NCBI RefSeq assembly: GCF_006345805.1
Contig: NC_043004.1
Coordinates: 33,356,001-33,420,000 of the forward strand
DNA: 64,000 nt
DNA from: Octopus sinensis
Taxonomy: Eukaryota
Reading direction: 5' to 3'
The translations under genes were made by a program, and so were the position numbers. Every line of letters begins with the position of its first letter. The first letter of the stretch is position 1. Under the pieces are notes generated by a model. That model did no database searches and was not told the origin of the DNA. It saw only the letters and a list, made by a program, of their open reading frames with translations. Of this stretch, positions 25,876 through 39,835 are shown in pieces.

Positions 25876-26064
25876 ACTTCAGACAGAAGGCTCACACAAG
25901 AGAGCGAAGAAGTAGGGGAGATAACAAAGTAAAGATGACCCCCAACACGATATATATATGATATTTTATAATTATATACATAATTATAACAAGGAGTCAG
26001 CTTTATGCCTCACCACACACTGTAAGAAATAGATGCTAAAGTCTTTTTTACTACCTTAAAATCT

Positions 26065-26152
26065 CTGAGAATAAAACACCTTATTGGAGGCAAGCAAAAG
26101 AAAAGTAATATTTTTTCTTTTGTCTGCCTACAATAAAGTGTGTTATTCTCAG
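26065..26152. repeat. Imperfect 88-nt hairpin
   Basis: Pairs ctgagaataa/ttattctcag, ttattg/caataa, aggca/tgcct and caaaagaaaa/ttttcttttg around a short AT loop. Confidence 0.7.
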
Positions 26153-26493
26153 CATTCATTCAACTTGTCAAAAATTTCTCCAAGGGTAAAACTAAGCTTT
26201 TGCTTCTTGTGGTGGTTGAAGAATTTGATAAGACCATAGAAGAAAATGACTGCTGTTGACCATTTTAATATTGCCCTGTTTATCTTGTTGTGGCAAAGTC
26301 ACTTGTCACAAAAAATACTAACTGCCTCTTTATTGTCAAAGAAGGCAGTAGAGTCCTATGGTATTAGGAAGGGCATTAAGCCAGAAGAAACTATGCCCGG
26401 ATAATTGGATACTAATGTAGCCCCCTGGTTTGCCAGCTCCTGTCAAACCATCCAACCCATGCCCAGCATGGAAAACAGACGTTAAATGACAAC

Positions 26494-26539
<46 letters not shown>

Positions 26540-28340
26540 TGATGATACTTCCAGATCTGTGCACACTAAATAAATGTAAGAATGTTTCATCATTCATCAT
26601 GAATTGGGGCAAAGTATGGCTGACGTTACTTCCATGAATGAAAAGATTATTTCAAACAATGTTTCCCCAGGAACAAGTAAAACAAAAGATTTCTGAATAT
26701 GAATCATAATCTCAGTCTATACCAAAATGCTCTTTCACACATTCTCCTCGATACGTTGAGTGTTCTCCAGGACACCATCACCCATACCATCCCCTAGTTC
26801 TCACCAAAATATGAAGGTGGAAGTTTCTCTGGATGCAATGAAACACACCAGGTACCAAGGGTCCATCCCTGATGCATGTTTGATCTCAAACTGCAACACA
26901 ATAAAAAACTGAGGCACAACGGAGATAATTTAAGCAACTTAATCATAGATTAGAAGTTGTTTTCTTTTCTTTTCCTGATTTCTGCCGATGCCATTAAATC
27001 TAATGAGTCACTTCTTTATTCTAACTTCAAAGGATAGATTATAATAATATACGAGATTTAATTCCATGCACTATTAGGATCAATTATCACTGAGATTGGA
27101 TGAGCTTTATGGAGATTCCAAAAATGCTCCCTTCATTAATTAATTATCCTACTGTTATTGCTTTTAGAATATTTGGTTAAAACATTGATTAATGAGTTGA
27201 TAGAATAATTAATTATTGCAATATATAATCATATGAGCAGAGCAATTAATTACAACATGAGTTGGAGCAGTAAATTACAATGTTCTTGTCCTTAAAACAT
27301 GCCCTAATTATTAATTATAACACTGCATTTGACAGTGGGCGGTGTTATTTGGGAGGGAGGTTAAATACTGGGATATAAGTAGACATAAGGAGCTTCTGTA
27401 TAGCAGATAGATGTGAGTGAATTGAGAGAAAATATGGTGAATTAATTTGATGAAAGAAAAATTTGATTTGGATATTAAAAAGGAAAATTTAGAAGTTGAA
27501 TAAGGTTAGACAGAGAAGGAATGTAGTAGTCTGATGTGGGCAAAGAAGATATAACAGTTTTTAGGAGATATTGAATAGAGATGTGGGAACTTGTTATGGA
27601 TATAAAGAATTGCTATAACATGTTTTGGTAGATATATATATATATATAAATACTCAGTCTTCAATATGCATATTAACTTTTATGTGCATGTATGTGTGTT
27701 CTTTTGAACATTTACAAAAAAAGCAACAGATGACTTAACAAGTAATAACACCCCGAAGAAATGTAGCTTAAAGCAGTTGTTCTCAGTTAACTACATTAAG
27801 TAAAAAATTGATTAATAAAATATTGAATTTAATTACATCTAAAAATCTCAATGTATTTAGCATTTAATTTTGGAAATAAAATTACACTTTTACATGGAAT
27901 TATCTGAAAAACAAAAGAAATTTTTAAAAAATAAAGAAGACAAGAGAGCAAAATCTGGAACAATTGAAATAAACAAGAAAAATATTGAATATATTTCAGA
28001 ATAAATTCTACAGTTCTTTCTTCTTTCTTCTTTCATGATTGGTTTATTTAATTTCAACAAATTTTCAGTAAATGTAAATAGTTGTGTGTGTGTGTGTGTG
28101 TGTGTGTGTGAAGGGGTGGGGTTCTTCAGATAATTAGTCATTATAATCATCAATATTATTTCCAAGTGGCCAGAATGGTAGAGTGCCGAACTTAATGTCT
28201 TGTGGTAATTGATGTTTATTTACATTGTGAAATCAAATCCCGCTGGGGTTAATAAAATAAGTACCAGTTATTTAATTAATTCATTTAATTATACCATTCT
28301 CCTGCAAATATATGCTAATGTAATAAATCACTTTTATTCC

Positions 28341-28392
<52 letters not shown>

Positions 28393-28775
28393 TTTTTTCT
28401 TGTTGGCCACAAGAGAGTTTAAATACAGAAGATGCAGAAATATATGTATATGTTTGTGTGTATGTGTGTGTATGTGAAAGTGCATGGTTTAGTGGTCAGG
28501 GCATTTGGCTTGTGGTCATAAGGCCATGAGTTTGATGCATGATAGCACATTGTGTCCTTGAGCAAGACACTTGATTTCACATTGCTCCAGTCCACTCAGC
28601 TGGCAAAAGTGAGCTGTACCTGTAATTCAAAAGAGCCAGCCTTGTCACATCCTGTGTTTTGCTGACTTTCCCTAAGAACTACAGTAAGTGTACACATGTT
28701 TGTGAAGCACTTAGCCACTTGCACTGTAACTTCATGAGCAGGCTGTTCCATTGATTGGATCAACTGGAACAGATT

Positions 28776-28859
<84 letters not shown>

Positions 28860-28861
<2 letters not shown>

Positions 28862-29050
28862 CATGAGTCACCATGATAGATTGGTAGCCACTACACACAT
28901 TTTTTCTCTCCTTGTTTTTTACTGTGGCCCTTTCTGTAGAAGAGCGTAGGCTCAAAACGTAAAAGACTTTCCTGAGCATTATACTAATACATCTGTTTGT
29001 TTTGTACACTACCTGTCTTCGACTTTTGTTTTTTTCATGAACTCTCACTA
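28860..29050 (+). mobile_element. Penelope-like pLTR fragment with a degenerate minimal hammerhead (28930-28965)
   Basis: cttt-CTGTAGA-a-gagc-gtag-gctc-AAAA-cg-TA-aaag; flanked by (TA)n on both sides. Confidence 0.55.
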
Positions 29051-29061
29051 TATATATATAT

Positions 29062-29493
29062 CATCCTAGAAGAGGTAGTGCTGCCCTGGGTCAAGAGGCC
29101 GTCTGTTGGAAGACCCTATGTCTGGCAACAGGGCTCTTCACCATGCCACACAAGCAGGAGAACCCAGTCATGGCTGTCGGACAATTTCTGCAACCACATC
29201 ACCCTTAATATCTGGCCACCAAACTCCCCAGACTGCAACCACCTTGATTATTATGTGTGAGGTGCAGTTGAGCGAGAGACCAACAAAACTTCTTGTAACA
29301 CTGAACTGCGGAAGATTCCAAAGTTGTCTGGAGGCTGTGGTTGAAGCCAATGGCGATTTTATTGAATAAATTTACTCTTTAGTATTACAAGATTTTTTAT
29401 GCAATTTTGGTAAATATATCTTTTAAAATGAGATGTCAGTGTTATTTTCATTTTTGCATAATTTAGATGACAGTTTATTCACTGCACCCTGTA
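29062..29493 (+). pseudogene. Tc1/mariner-superfamily transposase C-terminal remnant with right end
   Basis: LEEVVLPWVKR...YVWQQGSSPCHTSRRTQSWL...IWPPNSPDCNHLDYYV* and CGRFQSCLEAVVEANGDFIE*; ends ctgcaccctg followed by TA. Confidence 0.9.
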
Positions 29494-30229
29494 TATCATT
29501 GTTTGAGAGTCTGCTTCTCCATGCATTTGCATGAATCAGCAAAGATTTTGTCATGACAAAAATTTTCTCTGGTCAGATGCCTCTACTGTCACCAACAATC
29601 ATTTGTTTCCAAGTTAGATATTAAACAACAAATCATCCAGACAGATTACTGCAAACAAATGATACTCTCACTGTCCCTAAGACCAGCAAAGATTTGTTTT
29701 CAATCAGTATACGCATGTTTTTTGTGGAAGACTGCAAACAAGAGACATCTTTTCAGTGAGACATTGTGAGCATTCAATGTACTGATGTCAAGGCAAGATA
29801 ATACACATTCAGTCGTGCACACACACACACACATGGTGGGCTTCCAATTTCCATCTGGCATGAGATATTGGTCAACCAATAGCTATGTAGAGAATGTTAG
29901 CTGACAGTGACCACACAATGAGGGTGACCCTCAATACACTTAGTTCAAAATGAACATTTTAACTCCACAATCATGCCTTAACCATCTTTGCACTCTCAGT
30001 CAATCTATGCTGGTTGTTAACCCTGAAATCAACTACAATATTCCTACAAATACAACTACAAATTCCTACAAAGATCTGGGTGTTTCCACCCGATTGTTAA
30101 AGGGAAATTTTAATATTCAGTATGAAGTTTGTTCACCTTTGGTGACAATCACAGCAACGAATTGACTTGTACAAGTTCTGAATAGTTACCAGGGAAATTT
30201 TGGAGCATTCTTCAAGTAGAACCTGCTTT

Positions 30230-30660
30230 TGTTTTTTCTGCAATGGTGGTAGAGGGATGTGGCTTCTCACTGCTGTTACTTACTGCTGCAGCTGTTGCTG
30301 TTGAGCGAAGTGGTCTTCGTCCCAGAGTGAGAGAAGTCTGAAACATGGTCCTTTGCTATTTGTAAGACCCACAGAAGAGAAAGCAGGTCAACTTCCGACA
30401 CCGAGAGCATCGACAGATGGATGAATGCGCATCCAGGCTCAGCGTTGCATAGGAAGTCAGGGACAAGAAACAGGAAGAAAGAGTGAGAGAAAGTTGGAGC
30501 AAAAGAGTACAACAGGGGTCGCAACCACCCCCTGCTGGAGCCTCGTGGAGCTTTAGGTGGTTTCGCTCAATAAACACACACAATGCCCGGTCTGGGAATC
30601 GAAACCGTGATCCTCCGACTGCGAGTCTGCTGCCCTAACCATTGGGCCATTGTGCCTTCA
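30230..30660 (-). mobile_element. tRNA-derived SINE (another family), with further copies at 31480-31800 and 31800-32050
   Basis: Minus strand tggcccaatggttagggcagcagactcgcagtcggaggatcacggtttcgattcccagacc is a tRNA-like head; body aaagctccacgagg is shared between copies. Confidence 0.75.
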
Positions 30661-32374
30661 CTACAGCTGCAGCTGTTGCTGTTGCTGAAAGAAAGAATGA
30701 AAAAAAGATGGAGAAATATAAACATAAAAATCCAGAGAGAGAGAGAGAACGAGAGAGAGATGTAGCACAAAATGCTGTGATTGAAAAGAGAAATAATCCC
30801 CTTTAATAATTGGTTCCATGAAGACAAAAATCCCAAAACACATCGAAATATACTCAGACATGAACACAACAGACACACATACACACAACATTGATAAAAT
30901 ACTACAATTAGGTACTGCACGCGTATTTTGTACTTTAAATGTACAAAGAAAATTCAAAACTAATACAAAACATCACATGAAGCTGCTAAAATGCATAAAA
31001 CTGCACTCCACAGTGCAGTGGAAGCATGGAACAATGCTTTTGGACAAAAATAAATTAACCAATTTTCCATGGCCTTCAATTTTTATGGGTATTGATGTGT
31101 TTTACAAGTTTTTTGAATAACATGCTTGTTTCCCTTTCTAGGTGTTTTTATGTGGACAGCTTTTCAACCCTCCTGATTAAAATGCTCCTGTCCATTGAGA
31201 ATAACACATCGGTGAAGCTATAACTTAACTTACAGCTTTTTGATCTTTGACAAAAGAATCTTAGGCTGGTTTCTAGTCGTCCATTGTTAGCGTATTGTTG
31301 TTGTTGAAGATTAACTCTAACTGATTAGGCCTAAAAGTTATAGGCTTGCTGGACTGATTGGGATTATGACCCGAAAGCATAGGATCCATTACAGCCTTTA
31401 TATTTCAAGATGATAGGGTGTGATTTGAGGGGGGTTTCACCTGCTATTGTTAGCAATTCAAGTAATTATGTGGAAGCTCTTTTGTTGTTGTTTTTGTTTG
31501 TTCCTTCTCGAGCCATGCCTGGTTCAGAAGGGCCAGTTTCCCGGTTTCTTGGCGTATAGGTTCCCCACCTGGACGGGACGCCGGTCCGTCGCAGGTGAGC
31601 TGCAAGATGCAGGAGGAAAGAGTGAGAGAAAGTTGTGGCGAAAGAGTCAGCAGAAGTTTCACCATTACCTTCTGCCAGAGCCCTGTGGAGCTTAGGTGTT
31701 TCACTCATAAACACGCACATCATCCGGTCTGAGATTTGAACCTGTGATCCCTCGACCACGAGTCCGCTGCTCTAACCACTAGGCCATGTGCCTCCACTAA
31801 AAATAAATGCACCCTTTTAAAGCCTAGTCAGGCTCATGGGCCCGGTTTCCAGGGTTCTATGGCGTATGTGTTCCCCAGCAGGATGGGACGCCAGTCCATC
31901 ACAGCGTTACTCATTTTTGCCAGCAGAGTGGACTGGAGCAACATGAAATGAAGTGTTTTGCTCAAGAATACAATGTGTTGCCTGGTCCAGGAATCGAAAC
32001 CACAATCATACGATCATGGTGCTGACACCCTAACCACTAAGCCACGCACCACCACTCTTTTATTGGTTCAGTTATGAAGATAAAACAAAAGACTGTAAGA
32101 CAATGAAATGGATGTGCAAAACAGACAAAAGCAAACGATGTGCTAAGCTGGTAGGATTATTGAAATGGATTTGGGATAGAGACATAGAGAAGACATGTGA
32201 CGAGTAGTGTGTGGATTTGAGTGTTAGGAAAATAAACAGATGACAACAGACAAGGTAAGAGTATGAAATGAAAAGATTTGACAAAATCAGAGATTTGGTG
32301 CTGAAGGTCAAACAATATGGAGAAATAAGGAAAGGCCTTAACCTGCTGCAGAGAGCAATTGCTGGTATGATTTC

Positions 32375-32760
32375 ATTGAATCATATTCGCTGCAATATTT
32401 TGCAGATGTGCCAGGCGAAATGCTTAGCAGTATTTTGTCTGTCTTTACATTCTGAGTTCAAATTCCACTGAGGTCGACTTTGCCTTTCATCCTTTCAGGG
32501 TCAATTAAATAAGTACCAGTTACGCACTGGGGTCGATATAATCGACTTAATCCGTTTGTCTGTCCTTGTTTGTCCTCTTTGTGTTTAGCACCTTGTGGGT
32601 AGTAAAGAAATAGGTATTTTGTCTGTCTTTACGTTCTGAGTTCAAATTCCGCCAAGGTCAACTTTGCCTTTCATCCTTTTGGGTTGTGTACTGGGGTCGA
32701 TCTAATTGACTGGTTCCCACTCCACCAAAATTTCGGGCCTTGTGCCTAGAGAAGAAAAAA
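32375..32760 (+). mobile_element. SINE family A dimer (two tail subtypes)
   Basis: Junction gtagtaaagaaatag|gtattttgtctgtc at 32613/32614; the second unit ends gggccttgtgcctagagaagaaaa. Confidence 0.8.
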
Positions 32761-33569
32761 CTATTTTTCAGATGTACTGACACAACAGCAGACTAGCAGA
32801 GTTGTTAAAACATGAAACTGAATAACACTTCGAAGTTGTTCTGTAGTGGGAATTTGAACCCAAACTGATAGGTAGACAGGCAGATATTATGAGCAAGCCA
32901 CAGTAATTCCATGCGATTGGTCTATTAAGCAATCAATCAGCATCAAGTCATAATGTGATTCGATTTTGTAGAACTTCTTTGGTTTTTGGCTGTAATTGCA
33001 GAATACTGAGTCAGCCACATGTCGTCTCTAATCACACTATGACAACCAGACTCACAACATGGATGACCCATGTTAATCATGACAAGAAGAAAAGATCAAG
33101 TGCAAGTAAAACCATAGCACATATAATTCCTACCACCATGTCAATCCTGCTTGTAATAGTTCTGATACCTTATGCTCTGAGTTCAAATCCTGCTGGGGCT
33201 AACATTGTCATTCATCCTTTCAGGGCTGATAAAAAACGTAACACTCCAAGGTAGTGGATGACTAGAATTTCAGAAATGTTGGATTGGATGCCTTGTGGTA
33301 TTTGTTCCAGCACTTTGCATTCTGAGTTCAAATCGCACCACAGCCAACATGTGTGGTGGACTTCATCCATCTTCCAGTTTAACACCATCTGACACTTTTA
33401 ACAGAGTCCTTTCTGTTACAAGCATTTCTGCCAGGTTCTTGACTCCACCTTTCCCTCCCCGCTTCCTACCCCTAGTTTCGATGGCCCTGCAAAGAGTGTT
33501 TCTTTCCTTTCTCACTAAAAACATAAAACAGAATCTCCTCTTATTTTTCCCAAGGTTTGGCAATTTCAA

Positions 33570-33797
33570 CAATCCCTGTTCCGTTCCATAATTCTCTTTT
33601 CTCTGCTCATTTTAGGTTCTTCCCACAAAATGTGTTTCTCTATTCCACTTAAAAAAGGCAACAATATTTAATAGATTTTCTTCAATCCCTGTTCCATTCC
33701 ATAATTCTCTTTTCTCTGCTCGTTTTAGGTTCTTCCCACAAAATGTGTTTCTCTATTCCATTTTAAAAAAGGCAACAATATTTAATAGATTTTCTTC
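33570..33797. repeat. 113-bp tandem duplication
   Basis: caatccctgttcc...gattttctt at 33570 and again at 33683 with few substitutions. Confidence 0.9.
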
Positions 33798-35358
33798 AGC
33801 TGATTTTTAATTAATCTTATTTTTAATTATCTGTCTTCTTAATATATTTTTTCGTCATTATAATTGCTTTGATATGTTTCTGGATAGAATTATTTTTGCA
33901 ATATTTTTACACTTTTCTGTCACTGCTGCTGCTACTGCTCATTATGATGATGATGATGATGATGATGTTGCTACAGCTGATGATGATGATGATGATGATG
34001 CTGACAAACTGTTTACATTCTGCATTTGCTCATCTGTTTATCAGTCAAACAGTGTTTTAGTTTATTGTTGTTTATCTCTGAATCAAAATATGCTGTTGTT
34101 GTTGTTGTTGCTGCATACTTGGTCTCTGTGTCTATATTTAGATTTATTCCCCTTTCTCCTCTCCCTCTCATTCTCTTACACACACACGCACACGCACACG
34201 CACACACACACACACACACGCATGCACTCTGTAGTCATTTAAAATCATGACTTCTGCATTTTTATTTGCTGAATGATCTGTAAAGCTTAGCCTTCAGCTG
34301 TTGAGATGTTCACGAGATGAAAATATAGTTTTCAGGTTTTAATATTTTCATATCAAGTGTGTTTGTTATTATTGTTTGTTGTACTAAACTGATGTCAGTG
34401 GCATTTCACTAGGTTGTCAGAGCAAGCTACTGGAATTATCTGATTCACTCCCAGTACTTAAATTATGAAAGGGAATCTATGCACCAAAAATTATTTTTGA
34501 TGTTATCACCAAAGTAAGCCAATTAGAGAGTCATCTTAAAAATAGAAATAAAATTAATAAAAAGTCAAATATCACTGATTTAGAAGTTAGCTTTCTTGTC
34601 AATTATAATGTTAAAATTGCCAATAAGAATGGTATTCTTTGTGGAGATATTTCTAAACATCTTTACAAAACCAAAACAAAAATCAAATAACTATTCTTTA
34701 ATGATCACAGTCGATCATTAAAGAATAATTCTTTCTTTTTGAGACCGTGTATATCATAGTTAGTGCCTATATTTGCTGATTAATATTAATGTTAAATATA
34801 ATTCCATTTAAAGTAATGTTGTTATGATGATATAGTTATAAATCTGATTTGCATTAGCGGCTTATCTTGTAGGAGAAGAATGGTTTATCTATCAATTGAT
34901 ATTGTTTCTTACAGAAACCAAAATCCTGACTTTTAGCAGAAAAGAAATAGAGAATTATAATACTTAACTTTAGCCCAAAGGTATTTGTAATATAGAGGAA
35001 AGGAAATATTTCTAGCTAACAATCAAACCAGGTTCATGAACTCTTCTAATTGGAAGTTTTCTTCAACTCTGTAGAACTGAATGTTTTTAAATGAAGCCTC
35101 TTGTAGCATTTTTGTTTCCCCTCTGTGACCGATCCTAAGTACTAAAGAATTTCAATGTTGCTTGGCGTTGGTCATTAAGAACCAATTTTACCAATTTGTA
35201 GTAACAGTAAGCCAGAGAACTTTTTTTTTGTTTGTTATTGAATTGAAGAGAAGGCCTGTGGGTAATCCTATTTGGCTAAGATAATTCAAGAAACTGGAGA
35301 GGAGTTGAAGCAGTTTTATAGGTTCATGGTTCAGCACTAAAAATATTTAATTACTCAC

Positions 35359-35416
35359 TGCCTTTCTTTATTCTGCATGTTACTTTCTTCATGGTTCTTC
35401 TGTGTAAGATTTAATG
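35359..35416 (-). CDS. Candidate internal coding exon (58 nt; xLNLTQKNHEESNMQNKERQ/H), phase 1 to phase 2
   Basis: Very strong acceptor tttacatgtttctttttcttacag| and consensus donor |gtgagt; exactly one frame is open. Confidence 0.35.
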
Positions 35417-35905
35417 CTGTAAGAAAAAGAAACATGTAAACTCAACATTAATATGGTCATTATTGAGAATAATATAACAAGCTTTCAAGAATTCCAGTGC
35501 TTGACATGCTTAATAAACAGCAATGAAATAACCAATTTACATCCTGTAAAAAATAAAAAGCACAAAAATCTAAACATACAGCAATATAATACTAATTGCC
35601 TAAAACTGCGTTTATGGACCTGAAAACAAGATGTCATCATGACAGCATTCACATGACAATAATAGGGAAAGCAATGCTCGAATTCTCCCATGGATACTTC
35701 AAACTCCAATTATACTCTGACAAAGCAGGACAAGACAAAGCACATAAAAGTCTGTATTTAGTACACAGACACTACAAATGACACTGAAACGCTGCATAAG
35801 TTCATGCGTTCAAGACAAAAACCAGCAACATGGACTCTATTAGCAAAATAAACATTTACATACAACCAGCAATCTCACCAGACGACATACTCAACTTTAA
35901 TACCT

Positions 35906-36135
35906 ATTTCTTTACTACCCACAAGGGGCTAAACATAGAAGGAACAAACAAGGACAGACAAATGGATTAAGTCGATTATATCAACCCCAGTGCGTAACTG
36001 GTACTTATTTAATCGACCCCGAAAGGATGAAAGGCAAAGTTGACCTTGGCGGAATTTGAACTCAGAATGTGGCGGCAGATGAAATACCACTAAGCATTTC
36101 GCCTGGCATGCTAACGTTTCTGCCAGCTCGCTGCC
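35906..36135 (-). mobile_element. Full-length SINE family A with TSD
   Basis: Direct repeat ctcaactttaatacct at 35890-35905 and 36136-36151. Confidence 0.9.
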
Positions 36136-36884
36136 CTCAACTTTAATACCTTAATGCTGAACAGTAATTGTTGCATGAATTTTAGACATGTTTTGTTTGC
36201 TTTGTCAGTCTTTGAATTTTATCTTTCTTTGTTGTCATTGTCACCAGAATGGACTGGTCTGTAGAAATGGACTGACCAACAGAGAGAGGCAGAGTGGAAT
36301 GTGTCCTGTCTATTACTCAAATTATGATTGTCCATAGCAGGACAGATTTCATAGCAGAAGGTTCCAGCTTTTATATTGAATAGCTAAGTCAGAAGAAGGC
36401 AGCAGCAGCTATTCTCATAACGTTTCCCAGGATTTCTGAGATTAGTGAGAAGCATTAAAGAAGGGCTTGCAACAAAACGAACATTAAATGAATATTAAAG
36501 CCACCTAAGGATCTGGTAGGGGTGTTTAATTAGGTGGAAGGTCAAATCTGACAAGCCAGGAAGTACAAGTCGTCTGATGTGTTTCTGTCTGGAAAGATTT
36601 TGTCAAACCACTCTTACAAGACCTGGACCGTAGTAGAACTGTGAATTATACAGATCCATTCTTGCAACTGTTTCTGTACTTATTCTTGAGCACTGACTCT
36701 CCCTCTCTTGCTCTCCCTCTCTCTTGCTCTCCCACTCCTCTTGCTTTCCCACTCCTCTTGCTCTTTCAGGACAGGATATCTTATTCCACACATTTATGAA
36801 AGTACAACACAAAGGAATGATCTATTGATAGGGGACATGAAAACATCACCCTCGTAGATCAATAAATAAAGAGAAAGAGAAAAT

Positions 36885-37310
36885 CATCATCATCATCATC
36901 ATCGTTTAACGTCCGTTTTCCATGCTAGCATGGGTTGGACGGTTCAACTGGGGTCTGGGAAGCCAGGAGGCTGCGCCAGGCCCAGTCTGATATGGCAGTG
37001 TTTCTACAGCTGGATGCTCTTCCTAACGCCAACCACTCCGAGAGTATAGTGGGTGCTTTTTATGTGCCACCTGCACAGGTGCCAGATGAGGCTGGCAAAC
37101 GGCCATGATCGGATGGTGCTTTTTACGTGCCACTGGCATGGAGGCCAGTTGGAGCGGTGCTGGCAACGGCCACGTTCGGACGGTTCTCTTACGTGCCACC
37201 GGCACTGGTATCTCAGCTACAATTTCCATTGATGTTGAAAGATTTCGATTTCAATTTTGATTTTGATTTTCACTTGCCTCAACAGGTCTTCACAAGTACA
37301 GTTTGTGTCA
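36885..37310 (-). mobile_element. RTE-like 3' UTR copy (monomer of the unit amplified at 40.6-43.1 kb)
   Basis: Contains gaagacctgttgaggcaagtgaaaatc...ccagtgccggtggcacg...ggttggcgttagg...(gat)n on the minus strand. Confidence 0.8.
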
Positions 37311-37570
37311 CAAGAAGGAACAGTATGCATAAGTGGGCTGAATACACAACACACATGGGCACGTAAACACACAAACACACATACAATGGGCTTCTTTAAG
37401 TTTCCCTCTATCAAGTCCACAGAGAAAGCTCCGTTAGACTTGGGGCTATAACAAAAAAACATATTGGCCAAAATGCTGTGTAGTGGAACTGAACCCAGAG
37501 CCAGTAACAAGCAATGTAAACTTTTTACCACAAAGCCATACTTGTGCTAATACATGTAGGTGTGTGAGTA

Positions 37571-37607
<37 letters not shown>

Positions 37608-37841
37608 ATGTAACCACACTTGATTTTTGGTGATATTGTTCCTCCTTCATCTTGGACTCTGCCGTTTTTCCTGGTTCTGAAGAAGAGCTACGCACAAAAT
37701 GTAAAACTACTACACTCTCCTTCTCTGAACATGTAAAAAGATATTCAAGTTATGTATGTGATTATTAATTATATATATATATATATATATATAATATAAT
37801 ATATATATATATATGCATATGTCTATCTATCTAGCTATCTA

Positions 37842-37879
<38 letters not shown>

Positions 37880-38016
37880 ATATATATATATATATTTGCA
37901 AATTGAAAGTGGAAAAAGAGAGGAAGCAAAAAGGTGTCTGCATGTATGTGTGTATCTATCTATCTATCTATCTATATACATACATATATATATGTACATA
38001 TATATGTATGTGTATG

Positions 38017-38061
<45 letters not shown>

Positions 38062-38208
38062 TGTGTGTCTGTGTGTCTGAGTGAATGCATTGTTATTTAT
38101 GGCAACTGTGACATTAGGCAAACAGCCAGTTGTCCCAGAAGAGCAAAGATAATATATTTTGTTTTGGCCACCTTAGACGTTCTTCCGGCTTTTTCTCAAC
38201 AACAACAA

Positions 38209-38311
<103 letters not shown>

Positions 38312-38604
38312 GTTATTATTATTACTATTATTATTATTATTATTATTATTCTTATTATTGTTGTTGTTATTGTTATTGTTGTTGCTATTGTTATTGTTAG
38401 TATTTTCTCTTGAGTGACAATACCAACAAAAGAATGTGAATAATGTAGTCAACTTCTAACAGATGTATACAATCAGGAATGGAAATCAACAACCTATAAA
38501 TGCTGGATGGACTTGAAAAATAAACTACACAGCTATTGTTACACCATCACAGACATAATTATATGCACGTTCACATACATCTCTCTCTCTCACTAAATAA
38601 AATC

Positions 38605-38673
<69 letters not shown>

Positions 38674-38699
38674 TATAATATATATATATATATATAATA

Positions 38700-39065
38700 G
38701 ATAATAAATATTAGGGAATAAATCCAAATTTACAGGGAAAAAATCAGATTTAGGATTAAATCCAATTTTATAGTAAAATATTATAAAATATTATTAGAGA
38801 CAAAACCACTATTTTGCAAAACAAACAAGGAAAGACTTAATCAATACATAAAATTTTAATAAATAGTCAAAAAAACCGCCACTACTTCCAATAAGTCAGT
38901 TTCAAATTATAATTTGAAACTGACTTATTGGAAGTCCACCTGAAGATTGTCGATCAAGACAAGAAACGATTGTAGTGGCGGTTTTTTTGACTATTTATTA
39001 AAATTTTATGTATTGATTAAGTCTTTCCTTGTTTGTTTTGCAAAATAGTGGTTTTGTCTCTAATA

Positions 39066-39075
<10 letters not shown>
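38700..39075. mobile_element. Penelope-like fold-back: perfect 104-bp inverted repeat enclosing a 52-bp palindrome and a hammerhead
   Basis: 38782-38885 is the exact reverse complement of 38972-39075; perfect palindrome at 38884-38935; embedded in (TA)n. Confidence 0.8.
38936..38978 (+). ncRNA. Compact type I hammerhead ribozyme motif
   Basis: ccac-CTGAAGA-ttgtc-gatcaa-gacaa-GAAA-c-gatt-g-TA-gtgg: 4-bp helix I, 5-bp helix II, near-palindromic helix III and a GUA triplet. Confidence 0.7.
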
Positions 39076-39138
<63 letters not shown>

Positions 39139-39140
39139 CA

Positions 39141-39176
<36 letters not shown>

Positions 39177-39835
39177 TGTACATATATATATCTGTGTGTG
39201 CATGTGTGTGTGTAGATACATACCTTTTCTCTCCCTTTTACCTGCCTTTGGATTACAGCCAAGTCAAGGCATAGACATACATACATACATATGTATGCAT
39301 ACAGGCATATATATGTTTCTATATATGTATATGTTTGTATGTATATATATATATATATATATATTGGAAAATGCGTGAGATCCTTGATACAGTTAGGTAT
39401 ATTTGAAAAAAGAAAAAAAAATGACTGCAATGAAGACATTCTTTTTCTTTTTTTGAATATATATATGTGTGTGTGTTGGTGGCACGTAAAAAGCCCCATC
39501 CGACCGTGGCTGTTTGCCAGCCTCGTCTGGCACCTGTGCTAGTAGCACGTAAAAAACACCCACTACACTCACCGAGTGGTTGGCGTTAGGAAGGGCATCC
39601 AGCTGTAGAAACACTGCCAGATCAGACTGGGCCTGGTGCAGCCTTCTGGCTTCCCAGACCCCAGTTGAACCATCCAACCCATGCTAGCATGGAAAGCGGA
39701 CGCTAAATGATGATGATAATGTGTGTGTGTCTGTGTGCATGTCTGTGTGTGTATGGCTGTGTCTGTGTGTATGTATCTGTGTGTGTGTGTATCTATCTAT
39801 CTATCTATATATATATGTATGTATGTGTATAGATA

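Noticed and set aside
34395-34515. In-frame TGA that could be recoded to Trp by A-to-I editing (CQSKLLELSDSLPVLKL*KGIYAPK)
   Set aside because: No evidence the frame is coding and no nearby dsRNA partner; purely speculative.
34915-34980. Plus-strand segment with strong acceptor and donor
   Set aside because: Stops in all three frames; shows that good splice-like signals arise by chance here, hence the low exon confidences.
35045-35150. Minus-strand IGHRG...MLQEASFKNIQF resembling a GDPD motif or methyltransferase C-terminus
   Set aside because: Short match only, weak splice sites and no supporting neighbouring motifs.
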